The translations under genes were made by a program, and so were the position numbers. From IMG/VR virus record IMGVR_UViG_3300031993_000033, positions 40,705 through 104,704 of that record: 64,000 nucleotides of DNA; one strand, given 5' to 3'. Below, in pieces: positions 21,092 through 31,129 of the stretch. Under the pieces are notes generated by a model. That model was not told where the DNA came from, did not search any database, and was given only the letters and a program-made list of their open reading frames with translations. How positions within the stretch are numbered: position 1 is the first letter of the stretch; each line of letters starts with the position of its first letter. This stretch comes from a virus. Taxonomy: Duplodnaviria; Caudoviricetes.

Positions 21092-24000
21092 ATGATGATT
21101 ATGCGAAAGTATGTTAATTACCACAAACACGATCATATTTCCTCTTTTCTCACCCCCGACACTCATATAAAGGCAGAAGAATATGTTAAACGTGCAGTAG
21201 AGTTGGGCGATACAATGTATTTCACAACTAATCACGGCACAGGCGGTGATATATTTGAGGCAAAAACCTTGTGCGATAAGTATGGTCTGCGCTGTATGTT
21301 TGGCATTGAGGGCTATATAGTCGCCAATCCTTTAGAAAAGGACAAATCTAATTACCACATTATCATCATACCGCGCACCGATGTGGCTCGTAAGAAAGTC
21401 AATTATGTTAGCTCTCATGCTCATATTGACGGTTATTATTACAAGCCCCGTATCTTCATTGATGATTTACTGGCATTGGATAAGGACGACATATATCTGT
21501 CTACAGCCTGTGTCGCCGGTCTTTTAAAGACTGATGATGCTATTGAGAACATATTTCAGCCGTTAGTACGGCACTTTGGTGAGAATATGTTTGTTGAAGT
21601 ACAGGCTCATAATGTAGAAGTGCAGAAACAGCATAATATCAAATGTCTTGAAATAGCACAGCAGTACGGGTTAAAACTTATCGCCGCCACAGATAGCCAC
21701 TATATTTATCCAGAGCAAGCGATTGAACGTAAGGCTTACTTAGAGGGCAAAGGGCTTAATTATGGCGACGAAGATGAGTTCTTGCTTGACTATCCTGACG
21801 GCAACACTCTCTATCAAAGATTTATAGATCAAGGTGTTTTGTCACCACGACAGATAGACGAAGCTATGAACAGCACTTTTGTCTTTGAGAGTTGTGAGGA
21901 TATTCAGCTTGACAAAGAGATTAAAATGCCTACGATATATTCAAATCTTACACCACAAGAGCGAGTTGATGAACTGCGCAAACACGTTTACAAAGCGTGT
22001 GAAAAGACTTGCATAGAAGAAAATATATCCGAAGCCGATAAGCCAAAATATATTGCCGAGATAGAGGATGAGTTAAAAACTGTTGCTGATACAATCTCTA
22101 TCAACACGGCAGACTACTTCTTATTTAATGAGAAGAATACAGACCTTGCGGTTAATAAGTACGGTGGTATTCTTACAAGAACAGGCAGAGGCTCATGTGG
22201 AGCTTATTATTTAAACAAGCTTTTAGGTATGACACAGATTGATATGCTCAAATCACCTGTTAAATTGTACGCGAGCCGCTTCATGTCAACTGCGAGGCTG
22301 TTGGAGAACAGAGCACTCCCAGACATAGATTTTAACGTAGTATCGCAAGAACCGTTTCAGAAAGCCTCTAAAGAGCTACTTGGCGAACACGGTTGTTATC
22401 CTATGATAGCTTACGGCACAATGCAAGAGGGTGAAGCCTTTAGAAATGTTTGCCGATCCCACGGTTTGGCTTTTGATGAGTTCAATGATGTTGCTAAAAA
22501 TATTGAGAAGTATGCCGATAACAATAAGTGGAAACCGATAATCGAGGAAAGTAAGCGATATGTAGGTGCGATAGTATCTGCTTCGGTTCACCCTTGCGCT
22601 CATATTCTCGATAACAAAGACTTGCGTTATGAGTATGGTGTCGTAAGAGTAGGTGACAATTTATGTGTTATGATAACATCGTCCGAAGCAGACGAATACA
22701 AAATTTTGAAAAATGACTACTTGATTGTTTCTGTTTGGAAGTTAATCTCTGAAACCTTTGAGATGATAGGTATGCCTATTATGAGCATACAGCAGCTCAA
22801 TGAAGCTCTTGACGATAAGACATTTGAGCTTTTTAAAAAAGGACTGACCGCTACACTTAATCAAGTCGATGGAGATTGGGCAACTTCACTAATGAAACAA
22901 TATCAAGCAACTAACGTGAGAGAGTGTGCAATGTTCACAGCGGCTCTTAGACCGTCATTTGAATCGTGGCGTGATATGTTCATATCAAGAACCAAGTATG
23001 ACACGGGCTGTCCACAGTTTGATGAAGTCTTAAAAGAGACTGGCTCGTTCATACTTTTCCAAGAAAACCTTATGCAATACTTTGAATGGCTCGGTGTATC
23101 ACCTGCCGAATCAATAGGGCTTATAAAGAAAATCAGCAAGAAGAAAATAAAGCCCGAAGATTTTAGCAAGTTGGAGGATAGGTTGCACGAGAATTGGATT
23201 AAACAGGTCGGCAATGATGATAAGTTCCAAGATATATGGAATCTCGTACAAAGCTGTATGTCATACGGATTTGCCGCGCCTCATGCGGTAGCCACAGCCT
23301 ACGATATGTTGTATGGCGCATATCTCAAATCTCATTATCCATTAGAATATTATACGGTTTGCTTTAATAATTACGGCTCGGACGAAGATAAGACAGCTTC
23401 TCTTACAGGCGAATTGCCGAGTTTCGGTATCATCTTATCTCCTATCAAGTTCCGTCATTCCTCAGACCGCTACACCTGTGACAAGTCCACCAACACGATC
23501 TACAAGTCCGTCAGCTCGGTCAAGTTCCTTAACTCAGCCGTGGCGACTGCGCTCTACGATATGCGAGATCAGCAATTCAGTTCTTTCCTCGACTTTCTCC
23601 GCGTGAACCCTTGCAACACCCGTCAGACTGAAATCCTTATCCGGTTGGACTTCTTCAGCGAATTTGGCGGCAGCGCAAAGCTCCTTGCAATATTCGACCT
23701 ATTCCAAAAGCTGTTCAAACGTGACGGTGGCGAATGGGTAAGCAAGTCGCAGATTAAAAAGACTGCGATAGAACGGTTCACCATAGAGCAACTTAACCGA
23801 CTGGCGACCAAAGAGACAGCAAGCGCGTATCAGTTTGCCGACTTCGGCGTTCTCATAGAGGACTACGCGGCAAGTCTGCCGAATACGGATATACCCGCCG
23901 TGGAGAAGATAGAAGCCCAGCTTGAATACTTGGGCTACATCGCGGCAAGTGGCAAGGAGAGTGAGCGTAGAGTTGGCTACGTCCGCACGGTCTATCCCTG

Positions 24001-24211
24001 CAAGCGCAAGTCTGACGGCAAGCTCTGGGCATACAAAGTCTCAGCGACTTTCCTCGGCAAAGGCAAGGATAGCGACCTCACGGTGATGAAAGCTGTGTAC
24101 GAGAAGTGCAAGCTGCAAAAGGGCGACATATTCTACGCGGAGCAAGTCTCAGCACGAGAGTACAACGGCAGAAAATATTGGTATCTAAATTCTTATAGAA
24201 AGTCTAAATAA
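21092..24211 (+). CDS. dnaE: DNA polymerase III alpha subunit
   Basis: PHP domain (YHKH, TNHG, TDSHY), GRGS, PDIDF, HPCA, SYGFAAPHA, YLKSHYP. Confidence 0.95.
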   Translation: MMIMRKYVNYHKHDHISSFLTPDTHIKAEEYVKRAVELGDTMYFTTNHGTGGDIFEAKTLCDKYGLRCMFGIEGYIVANPLEKDKSNYHIIIIPRTDVARKKVNYVSSHAHIDGYYYKPRIFIDDLLALDKDDIYLSTACVAGLLKTDDAIENIFQPLVRHFGENMFVEVQAHNVEVQKQHNIKCLEIAQQYGLKLIAATDSHYIYPEQAIERKAYLEGKGLNYGDEDEFLLDYPDGNTLYQRFIDQGVLSPRQIDEAMNSTFVFESCEDIQLDKEIKMPTIYSNLTPQERVDELRKHVYKACEKTCIEENISEADKPKYIAEIEDELKTVADTISINTADYFLFNEKNTDLAVNKYGGILTRTGRGSCGAYYLNKLLGMTQIDMLKSPVKLYASRFMSTARLLENRALPDIDFNVVSQEPFQKASKELLGEHGCYPMIAYGTMQEGEAFRNVCRSHGLAFDEFNDVAKNIEKYADNNKWKPIIEESKRYVGAIVSASVHPCAHILDNKDLRYEYGVVRVGDNLCVMITSSEADEYKILKNDYLIVSVWKLISETFEMIGMPIMSIQQLNEALDDKTFELFKKGLTATLNQVDGDWATSLMKQYQATNVRECAMFTAALRPSFESWRDMFISRTKYDTGCPQFDEVLKETGSFILFQENLMQYFEWLGVSPAESIGLIKKISKKKIKPEDFSKLEDRLHENWIKQVGNDDKFQDIWNLVQSCMSYGFAAPHAVATAYDMLYGAYLKSHYPLEYYTVCFNNYGSDEDKTASLTGELPSFGIILSPIKFRHSSDRYTCDKSTNTIYKSVSSVKFLNSAVATALYDMRDQQFSSFLDFLRVNPCNTRQTEILIRLDFFSEFGGSAKLLAIFDLFQKLFKRDGGEWVSKSQIKKTAIERFTIEQLNRLATKETASAYQFADFGVLIEDYAASLPNTDIPAVEKIEAQLEYLGYIAASGKESERRVGYVRTVYPCKRKSDGKLWAYKVSATFLGKGKDSDLTVMKAVYEKCKLQKGDIFYAEQVSAREYNGRKYWYLNSYRKSK

Positions 24212-24215
24212 GGTA

Positions 24216-24244
24216 TTGACATTCTAATATTTATGTGTTATAAT
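24216..24244 (+). promoter_or_regulatory. sigma-A promoter of the DNA-modification region
   Basis: TTGACA-17 bp-TATAAT, followed by a CAGAGGG/CCCTCTG hairpin and T-tract. Confidence 0.85.
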
Positions 24245-24315
24245 AGTAATCAGAGGGTAAGGCAACTCGCCCTCTGGTATTTTTTTACATTTTAAAGTCT
24301 AAAAGGAGTGTTAAT

Positions 24316-25140
24316 ATGGAGTTTAAAGTTGGAGACAGAGTGCGTTATGTAGTTCAAAGAGACATTGATAATGTCGAAGTTGGTGAAGTAGGCATTATTC
24401 GTGGCATTTCTTCAGGTGGTGATTATGCAGTTGATTTTGAAGAAAGTGGTTATAAACATAGCTGCGGTGGTCTTTGCCAAAATAATCATGGTTGGTGGTG
24501 TAGGGGAGATACGCTTGAACCAGTAGCTATTAGATCCGTGTTATTCCCGAATGTGGAGTATGTGTTTAATGAAAAACAAGCCGAAGAATATGCAGAGAGA
24601 TTAAATAAAGAGTTAGCAGAACATTTTAACGCATTTTCAAACGACGGTATATCGGCAAAAAATGGAGGTAAAAATTCAATGAAATTTACATTTTATGTAA
24701 CAGAAGGAACGAGAGTGGATAAGAGTTGCAACGGCACTATCCCGACAATGACAACAAATATTGAGTTGCTTAGTGGCAATGTTTTTGATAAGGTCACTAC
24801 CGTTAAGGGTTCTGCAACTTGTGATAAGGCAGATTATGATGAAAGACAGGGTGTTCTTGAAGCTCTTGCGAATGCAATTTGTGGAGGTAATTTTTACAAA
24901 GCATACGCCGAAGCTGTCAAATTGAATAGATGTGAAGATGAATTATCACGCACTTGTATCTACTGTGGCAAGGTTCTTAATACAGTAGAAGAAAAACAGG
25001 AACACGAAGCATGGCACGTTGAGCGTCGTAAGGCAAGACACGAGCGTTATCTTCTCCGCAAGAGAGCTAAAGAAATTGCCTTTGAAGAAGCAGCTCAGAA
25101 GCTTGCAAAAGAGATAATCGCAGAGGATAACAAGAAGTGA
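24316..25140 (+). CDS. hypothetical protein (SH3-like N-terminus, C2H2-like C-terminus)
   Basis: FKVGDRV start; CIYC...HEAWH; internal RBS and ATG at 24679. Confidence 0.6.
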   Translation: MEFKVGDRVRYVVQRDIDNVEVGEVGIIRGISSGGDYAVDFEESGYKHSCGGLCQNNHGWWCRGDTLEPVAIRSVLFPNVEYVFNEKQAEEYAERLNKELAEHFNAFSNDGISAKNGGKNSMKFTFYVTEGTRVDKSCNGTIPTMTTNIELLSGNVFDKVTTVKGSATCDKADYDERQGVLEALANAICGGNFYKAYAEAVKLNRCEDELSRTCIYCGKVLNTVEEKQEHEAWHVERRKARHERYLLRKRAKEIAFEEAAQKLAKEIIAEDNKK

Positions 25141-25445
25141 TAGTCTTAATATTTTCAATTCTCGGCAGCGTATTCAGCTTGGGCGGTAATGTACTTATCG
25201 CCCATAAGAAACGCTCTGGCTGGTGGATATGGATATTAGGGAACATAGCGTGGTTGGGAGTAAACTTTCTCGGCACTATGAATATTCCTATGGTAGTAAT
25301 GTATATATTCTATCTTATCACAAATATTGCAGGGTATATTGAATGGGGTAGGAAGTCCGATCTACACAAAGCCATTGATGAATGCAACGAGAAATTAAAG
25401 AATAAACCTAAGTTTGACTTTTCTGATGTAAAGACAAGACATTAA
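25137..25445 (+). CDS. PnuC-like small membrane protein
   Basis: three hydrophobic helices, KKRSGWWIWILGN motif. Confidence 0.55.
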   Translation: MIVLIFSILGSVFSLGGNVLIAHKKRSGWWIWILGNIAWLGVNFLGTMNIPMVVMYIFYLITNIAGYIEWGRKSDLHKAIDECNEKLKNKPKFDFSDVKTRH

Positions 25446-25654
25446 AGTTTGATTTTATTCGACTTGTAAGGCGTTATCTCAATGCTTAAATCGTCTGCCA
25501 CCTTGTATTTATACAGCTTGTGAAGTTCACCATCGGCTGTAAATCCGCAGACGAAGTGGTTTTCAAGCCAATACTTGCCTTCCTCTATCAGCAGAGGATA
25601 ACCTAAATCGCTCCACATTTGAATCATCTCTTTGAAGATGGGTTGCATTATCAT
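25442..25654 (-). CDS. inverted 5' part of the PAPS-reductase-family gene
   Basis: own GAAAGGAG RBS; ends NKIKL inside the inverted repeat; joins the 25789 ORF in frame if inverted. Confidence 0.75.
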   Translation of the reverse strand: MIMQPIFKEMIQMWSDLGYPLLIEEGKYWLENHFVCGFTADGELHKLYKYKVADDLSIEITPYKSNKIKL

Positions 25655-25714
25655 TCTCCTTTCACTGGGAAATGCCTATTCTACGTTGCTAAATTGGCAA
25701 TAAAATCAAACTTT
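25444..25714. repeat. 16-bp perfect inverted repeat bounding an invertible segment
   Basis: AAAGTTTGATTTTATT (25444-25459) and AATAAAATCAAACTTT (25699-25714). Confidence 0.9.
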
Positions 25715-25788
25715 CGCAACAATTTGAGACTTGGCAGCAGACCATAGCAAGGCTCAGTGGGGAACTTGATGACAGAATTGCAGACTCA

Positions 25789-26781
25789 ATGAGCGTTATC
25801 AACAAGGCGATACAGGACTATCCGAATCACAAGAAAGTAGTATTTACATCTACAGGTAAAGACAGCATGGTAACTCTTGATTTGGTAACTCGTGTTTTAC
25901 CTGATGTGGGTGTTCACTTCAATAACACTACTCTTGATACAGGCGATACCTATAAAATGGTAAAAGCTCATAAAGACTGGACAATTATCAATCCCGACAT
26001 TGGGTTCTACAAATACATCTTCAAAGAGCATTTCATTCCCACAAGATTCAGCCGTGGTTGCTGTACAGTATTCAAGGAAGGTAAGAGCATAGAATACTTT
26101 GATAGTGAACCACAGATGCTTTTCTTTATGGGCGTGAGAAATGACGAATCAGCGCAGAGAGCAGACCGACAGGATATATCGCACAATCCAAAGTGGGGAG
26201 ATCGTGATTGGTTTAGTTGCTTGCCTATAAGAAAGTGGAGTGAGCTTGACATATGGCTCTATATTCTTAAAAACGGCATTGAAATAAATCCTAAATACCG
26301 TAAGGGATATAGTAGAGTTGGGTGTTCAGTGGCTTGCCCGTATTACACCAAGTACACTTGGGTATTAGATAAGTATTGGTATCGCATGGCGTATGACCGA
26401 TGGCGCAGCATCCTGCGCAAAGTCTTTGCGCAGGAGAATCGCTGGACTAAGCTGAATTGCACTATAGACGAATATGTAAACGGAGCTTGGAATGGTGGTT
26501 TACTTAGACCAGAACCAACAGAAGAAGTTGTGACAGAGTTTATGGAGCACAAAGGACTTGACAACTATGATACGGCTTTGCAATACTTCAACAAGACTTG
26601 CGAAGTGTGCGGTAGGAACGTAAGACAGAATGATGTGCTTGCAATGAATCTGAAACTTCTCGGCAGAGGAACAAGCAAGATTTACTGCAAGAAGCATCTG
26701 AAAGAACTTTGTTGCTTAGATAATGAGGCATGGGATAATGCAGTAGCAGACTTTAAGAGGCAAGGCTGTGCTTTGTTTTAA
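25789..26781 (+). CDS. PAPS reductase / DndC-like family protein (3' part; frame open from 25699)
   Basis: STGKDS PP-loop, RGCCTVFK, GVRNDES..R, YSRVGC..CP. Confidence 0.85.
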   Translation: MSVINKAIQDYPNHKKVVFTSTGKDSMVTLDLVTRVLPDVGVHFNNTTLDTGDTYKMVKAHKDWTIINPDIGFYKYIFKEHFIPTRFSRGCCTVFKEGKSIEYFDSEPQMLFFMGVRNDESAQRADRQDISHNPKWGDRDWFSCLPIRKWSELDIWLYILKNGIEINPKYRKGYSRVGCSVACPYYTKYTWVLDKYWYRMAYDRWRSILRKVFAQENRWTKLNCTIDEYVNGAWNGGLLRPEPTEEVVTEFMEHKGLDNYDTALQYFNKTCEVCGRNVRQNDVLAMNLKLLGRGTSKIYCKKHLKELCCLDNEAWDNAVADFKRQGCALF

Positions 26782-26849
26782 ATTTACAAGACAACAAATT
26801 AGCGGTAATGATTAACCAAATAAAAGTTGAGTTTTAAGGAGGAATAATA

Positions 26850-27986
26850 GTGAGTATTAAAGGCTACAAAGTGTTCAACCCTGACTGGACTTGCAGAGGT
26901 TTTCAGTACGAGGTTGGCAAAACTTTCAAGCACGATGGCAATATTGAGATGTGTGGTGCAGGATTTCACTTCTGCCGGAAGGTCTCAGATTGCTTCAATT
27001 ATTACGGCTTTAACAGCAACAATAAGGTTGCAGAAGTCGAAGCTATCGGTAATGTTGAGACTAAAGGCGATAAATCCGTCACAGATGAAATCGTAATTTT
27101 AAGGGAGCTTACTTGGCACGAGGTTCTTGATTTAGCCAATACAGGAAAGGACTGTACGGGCAATCGCAACAGCGGTAATCGCAACAGCGGTAATTGCAAC
27201 AGCGGTAATCGCAACAGCGGTGATTACAACAGCGGTAATTGCAACAGCGGTAATCGCAACAGCGGTGATTACAACAGCGGTAATTGCAACAGCGGTGATT
27301 ACAACAGCGGTGATTACAACAGCGGTAATTGCAACAGCGGTAATCGCAACAGCGGTGATTACAACAGCGGTAATTGCAACAGCGGTAATTGCAACAGCGG
27401 TGATTACAACAGCGGTAATTGCAACAGCGGTAATTGCAACAGCGGTGATTACAACAGCGGTGATTACAACAGCGGTAATCGCAACAGCGGTGATTACAAC
27501 AGCGGTAATTGCAACAGCGGTGATTACAACAGCGGTGATTACAACAGCGGTAATTGGAACAGCGGCAATCGCAACAGCGGTGATTACAACAGCGGTAATT
27601 GCAACAGCGGCAATTGGAACAGCGGTGATTGGAACAGCGGTGATTTCTCTACTGGCTTTTTTAATTCAATTGAGCAACCGTTATGCGCTTTCAACAAGCC
27701 ATTAGATATTGACAGAAATGCTTTTAATAGCAACTTAGCTGTAAGAGCTATGGATTGGAAGTATGAGAACGACTGGTGGATTTACAGTGAGAATATGACG
27801 GCGGAAGAAAAAGAAGCACATCCTGAACACGAAACAACTGGCGGTTATCTCAAATCGGTTGATTTCAAAACAGCTTGTGGTATTATGTGGGATAATATGA
27901 CAGAAGATGAAAGAGTTGCAGTCAAGGATATTCCTAATTTTGATGCAAGTGTGTTTGAAGAAATTACTGGCATCAAGGTTGTTTGA
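26850..27986 (+). CDS. pentapeptide-repeat (NSGxx) phage protein
   Basis: GYKVFNPDWTCRGFQYEVG N-terminal domain, about 32 NSG-(NR/NC/DY/NW/DW) repeats. Confidence 0.85.
   Translation: MSIKGYKVFNPDWTCRGFQYEVGKTFKHDGNIEMCGAGFHFCRKVSDCFNYYGFNSNNKVAEVEAIGNVETKGDKSVTDEIVILRELTWHEVLDLANTGKDCTGNRNSGNRNSGNCNSGNRNSGDYNSGNCNSGNRNSGDYNSGNCNSGDYNSGDYNSGNCNSGNRNSGDYNSGNCNSGNCNSGDYNSGNCNSGNCNSGDYNSGDYNSGNRNSGDYNSGNCNSGDYNSGDYNSGNWNSGNRNSGDYNSGNCNSGNWNSGDWNSGDFSTGFFNSIEQPLCAFNKPLDIDRNAFNSNLAVRAMDWKYENDWWIYSENMTAEEKEAHPEHETTGGYLKSVDFKTACGIMWDNMTEDERVAVKDIPNFDASVFEEITGIKVV
27160..27645 (+). repeat. 15-bp coding tandem repeat
   Basis: AACAGCGGY followed by AATCGC, AATTGC, GATTAC, AATTGG or GATTGG. Confidence 0.95.
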
Positions 27987-28492
27987 AAGACGAATTTCAA
28001 ACAGTTAGGAGGAAATGAAAATGGCTGAATATCATGTTGGTATAGGCTTTGCGGGTACTATATACGCTGGAACACTCACCAAGGATAAAAAGCGTTGGAT
28101 AAATAAATCTGATGTTACCGATGAAGTTGTTGCCGCTTTTTATGCATGGTTGCAAGAGCAGTATGAAGAAGCCGCAGAAGAAACAGAACTTGAAAGTGGT
28201 CAGAGCTTAGAGAGAACTATTAGTTATCCTAACTCAGAATATGAGATAGTTTTTAGGAAGAAAAGGGACGGTGAACAGAATGACTGATGAAGAAACAAAA
28301 CTAATGGAGAGCATAGTTGATAAGCTGATAGCGGATAAGAAAGACCGCTCAGCACACAGTTATAACGACTATACCGATGATTCGGAAAGGCTAATAATAT
28401 TAACTATTGCAGAAATCAGATTTTTGTATAGCCATTTTACCGATGAAGATATTGACGAGTATTGAACGAATGAAACGTGTCTTTTATGTGAG

Positions 28493-28708
28493 GTGAAAAA
28501 GATGAGAGATATGTGGTATATAGGTTCTCCACCGCCTGAACGTGAACATTATCTTGTTACAGATGACAGTGGCGAAATACAAATTGGGTATTGGACTAAT
28601 TATTCTCCTATTCTCGGAGATGAGTCTGATGTATATCGTTGGGTAGGATTAAAACAATATACTCACGTTGTAGCATGGCGTTTCCTTCCAGAACCATACA
28701 AAACTTGA
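28493..28708 (+). CDS. DUF551-like small protein
   Basis: YLVT...VVAWRFLPEPY. Confidence 0.55.
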   Translation: MKKMRDMWYIGSPPPEREHYLVTDDSGEIQIGYWTNYSPILGDESDVYRWVGLKQYTHVVAWRFLPEPYKT

Positions 28709-28745
28709 AATATGCCTTTTATTAGATTAGAGAGGAGAGATTAAA

Positions 28746-29291
28746 ATGCCTTTAAATGTTGGGTATTTAACTTGTGACCGCACGGCGGCAGGAGATGAAG
28801 TATACACTCCCTACTATGCGGTTGATCCTCTGCTTGAGTTTATCCCAAAAGATAAGACGATTTGGTGTCCGTTTGACGAGGAATGGTCGGCGTTCTACCA
28901 GACATTCAAGCGGGGGGGGTATGACGTAGTTAGAAGTTCTCTTGCTGAAGGTCAAGACTTCTTCAATTATGAACCTGAGAAGTGGGACATAATGATAAGC
29001 AATCCGCCTTTTAGTAAAAAGGACGATGTGTTGCAGAGAGCTTTTGAACTCGGTAAACCTTTTGCAATCCTTCTGCCTTGCAATAGTATACAGGGCAAGA
29101 AGCGGTTTAAAATATTTCAAAACGAGATTCAGATGTTGTGCTTTGATGCAAGAATAGATTATCACACTAATGGCAATATGACTACATACACTAAGGGCAA
29201 CCACTTTGGATCGGCATATTTTTGCAGAGACTTCCTTCCGAGCAAATTGGAGATGCGAGAGCTGCACAAATATGAAAAATCACTAACGTAA
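28746..29291 (+). CDS. DNA adenine methyltransferase (NPPF type)
   Basis: DEVYTP, IWCPFD, GQDFF, SNPPFS; in-frame G8 tract at 28912-28919. Confidence 0.8.
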   Translation: MPLNVGYLTCDRTAAGDEVYTPYYAVDPLLEFIPKDKTIWCPFDEEWSAFYQTFKRGGYDVVRSSLAEGQDFFNYEPEKWDIMISNPPFSKKDDVLQRAFELGKPFAILLPCNSIQGKKRFKIFQNEIQMLCFDARIDYHTNGNMTTYTKGNHFGSAYFCRDFLPSKLEMRELHKYEKSLT

Positions 29292-29354
29292 AATAGCCAA
29301 AAACAGGCTATAAAAACTGGATAAAATAAATCTTTTATGCGAAAGGAAGATGTA

Positions 29355-30092
29355 ATGAGTAATATACAGTTATTTCAAGGCGACTGCTTTGAGCATCTCA
29401 AAGATTTGCCCGACAACAGCGTAGATTTAATCCTTTGTGACCTCCCCTATAAGGAGACAGGCAATAAATGGGATAGGTCATTCGATTTAGAAAGAGTGTG
29501 CCACGAGTTTGAACGTCTGATTAGAGAGGACGGTTGTATTGCTCTTACAGGCACGTTCAGGTTTGGAGTACAGTTGTTCAATCTTATGCCACACCTCTAC
29601 AAATATGATTGGGTATGGGAGAAAGACAATGGAACAAATGCTCCTAATGTGAATCTTCAACCATTCAGAATACACGAGTTCGTGTTCATCTTTGGCAAGG
29701 GCAGAGTAACAAATGGCACAAGAACACCTATGAAGTATTTTCCTCAAAAGACAGATGGTACACCGTATTGCCAGAAGTCGGGCAGAATGAGCGACAACTG
29801 GAAAGGCGGTTTAGGAACTATTGTAACAGACAATAAGGACGGCAAGCGTCACCCTAAGACAATACAGAAGTTCACAAGAGATAAAGGCGGATTTCACCCC
29901 ACACAGAAGCCAGTAGCCTTACTTGAATATCTTATTAAAACTTACACAAGAGAAGGTGACTTGGTTTTGGATTGCGTTATGGGAAGTGGTTCAACTGGTG
30001 TGGCGGCTAAAAGTCTTAACAGAGACTTCATCGGTATGGAGCTTAATGAAAAATATTTTGAGATTGCAAAAAACAGAATCGAAGCAGTCTGA
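29355..30092 (+). CDS. N6/N4 DNA methyltransferase (beta class)
   Basis: DLPY, HPTQKP, DCVMGSGSTG. Confidence 0.9.
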   Translation: MSNIQLFQGDCFEHLKDLPDNSVDLILCDLPYKETGNKWDRSFDLERVCHEFERLIREDGCIALTGTFRFGVQLFNLMPHLYKYDWVWEKDNGTNAPNVNLQPFRIHEFVFIFGKGRVTNGTRTPMKYFPQKTDGTPYCQKSGRMSDNWKGGLGTIVTDNKDGKRHPKTIQKFTRDKGGFHPTQKPVALLEYLIKTYTREGDLVLDCVMGSGSTGVAAKSLNRDFIGMELNEKYFEIAKNRIEAV

Positions 30093-30179
30093 ATTTGCCT
30101 ATTCTACGTAGGTCAAAACTGAATAAAACGGTTCTTTTATGTGATTGCAAAATAATAAATTAGTGATAAGGAGAGAAAA

Positions 30180-31043
30180 ATGAAAGTATTAAGTCTTTTT
30201 GACGGCATAAGTTGTGGAATGGTGGCACTTGAAAGGGCGGGCATTCCAGTAGAAAAATATGTTGCATATGAAATTGAGCCAAACGCTATAAAAGTAAGCG
30301 AAAAAAATTATCCTCAGATTGAGCACAAAGGAGATGTTACAACAGCGGATTTTAGAGAGTACGCAAATTTTGATTTACTTATTGGCGGTAGTCCGTGTCA
30401 GTCTTTGAGCATCGTACAGAGTAAGACAAGACAGAATCTTGATGGTAAAAGCAAATTATTTTTTGAGTTTGTAAGGGCTTTTGAAGAAATGAAGCCAAGA
30501 TATTTCTTGTTTGAAAATGTGGCAAGTATGAAGGATGAATGCAAACAGGTTATATCTGAATGTTTAGGCTGTGAGCCAATCTTCATAGATAGTGCAGATT
30601 TCTCTGCTCAAAGTAGACCTCGCTATTATTGGACAAATATACCTGTAGATATGATGTATGAGAAATCTAATAAGGTTCTTGCAGATATTATGGAAACGAA
30701 TGTTGACGAAAATTTTTTCTACAATTATCCGTTGACGAATATTGATATGAGTAAACAAGTGTGTGCGATAATGGATTTTAAAAATCACGATATTCACAAA
30801 AGAATTTTTAATCCTGCTTTTAAGTGCCATACTCTTACAACTTGTGGCGGTGGTAATACTCAAAAGAAAGTAATGGATAATGGCAGAGCAAGAAAACTCA
30901 CACCTCTTGAATATGAAAGATTACAAACGCTGCCAGATGAGTATACGAGCTGCGTTTCAAACACAGCAAGATACACAGCCATAGGTAATGGTTGGACAGT
31001 TGATGTAATCGCTCATATTTTAAAGGGATTGGGTAACGTATAA
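30180..31043 (+). CDS. C5 cytosine DNA methyltransferase
   Basis: LFDGISCG, GGSPCQ, ENV, Q.RPR, GNGW. Confidence 0.9.
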   Translation: MKVLSLFDGISCGMVALERAGIPVEKYVAYEIEPNAIKVSEKNYPQIEHKGDVTTADFREYANFDLLIGGSPCQSLSIVQSKTRQNLDGKSKLFFEFVRAFEEMKPRYFLFENVASMKDECKQVISECLGCEPIFIDSADFSAQSRPRYYWTNIPVDMMYEKSNKVLADIMETNVDENFFYNYPLTNIDMSKQVCAIMDFKNHDIHKRIFNPAFKCHTLTTCGGGNTQKKVMDNGRARKLTPLEYERLQTLPDEYTSCVSNTARYTAIGNGWTVDVIAHILKGLGNV

Positions 31044-31129
31044 TAGCCGAAAAGTGGCTCTATTTATCCAATAAAACTTTACTTTTATTGACTGACAGAG
31101 TAACAAATTAGAAACAAGGAGGAATTTAA

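Noticed and set aside
27160-27645. Possible CRISPR array
   Set aside because: The units are 15 bp, in frame within a CDS, with only five 6-bp variants and no unique spacers
27220-27705. ORF of ITTAV/IATAV repeats, and the antisense LPLL ORF at 27002-27214
   Set aside because: Alternative-frame shadows of the coding repeat
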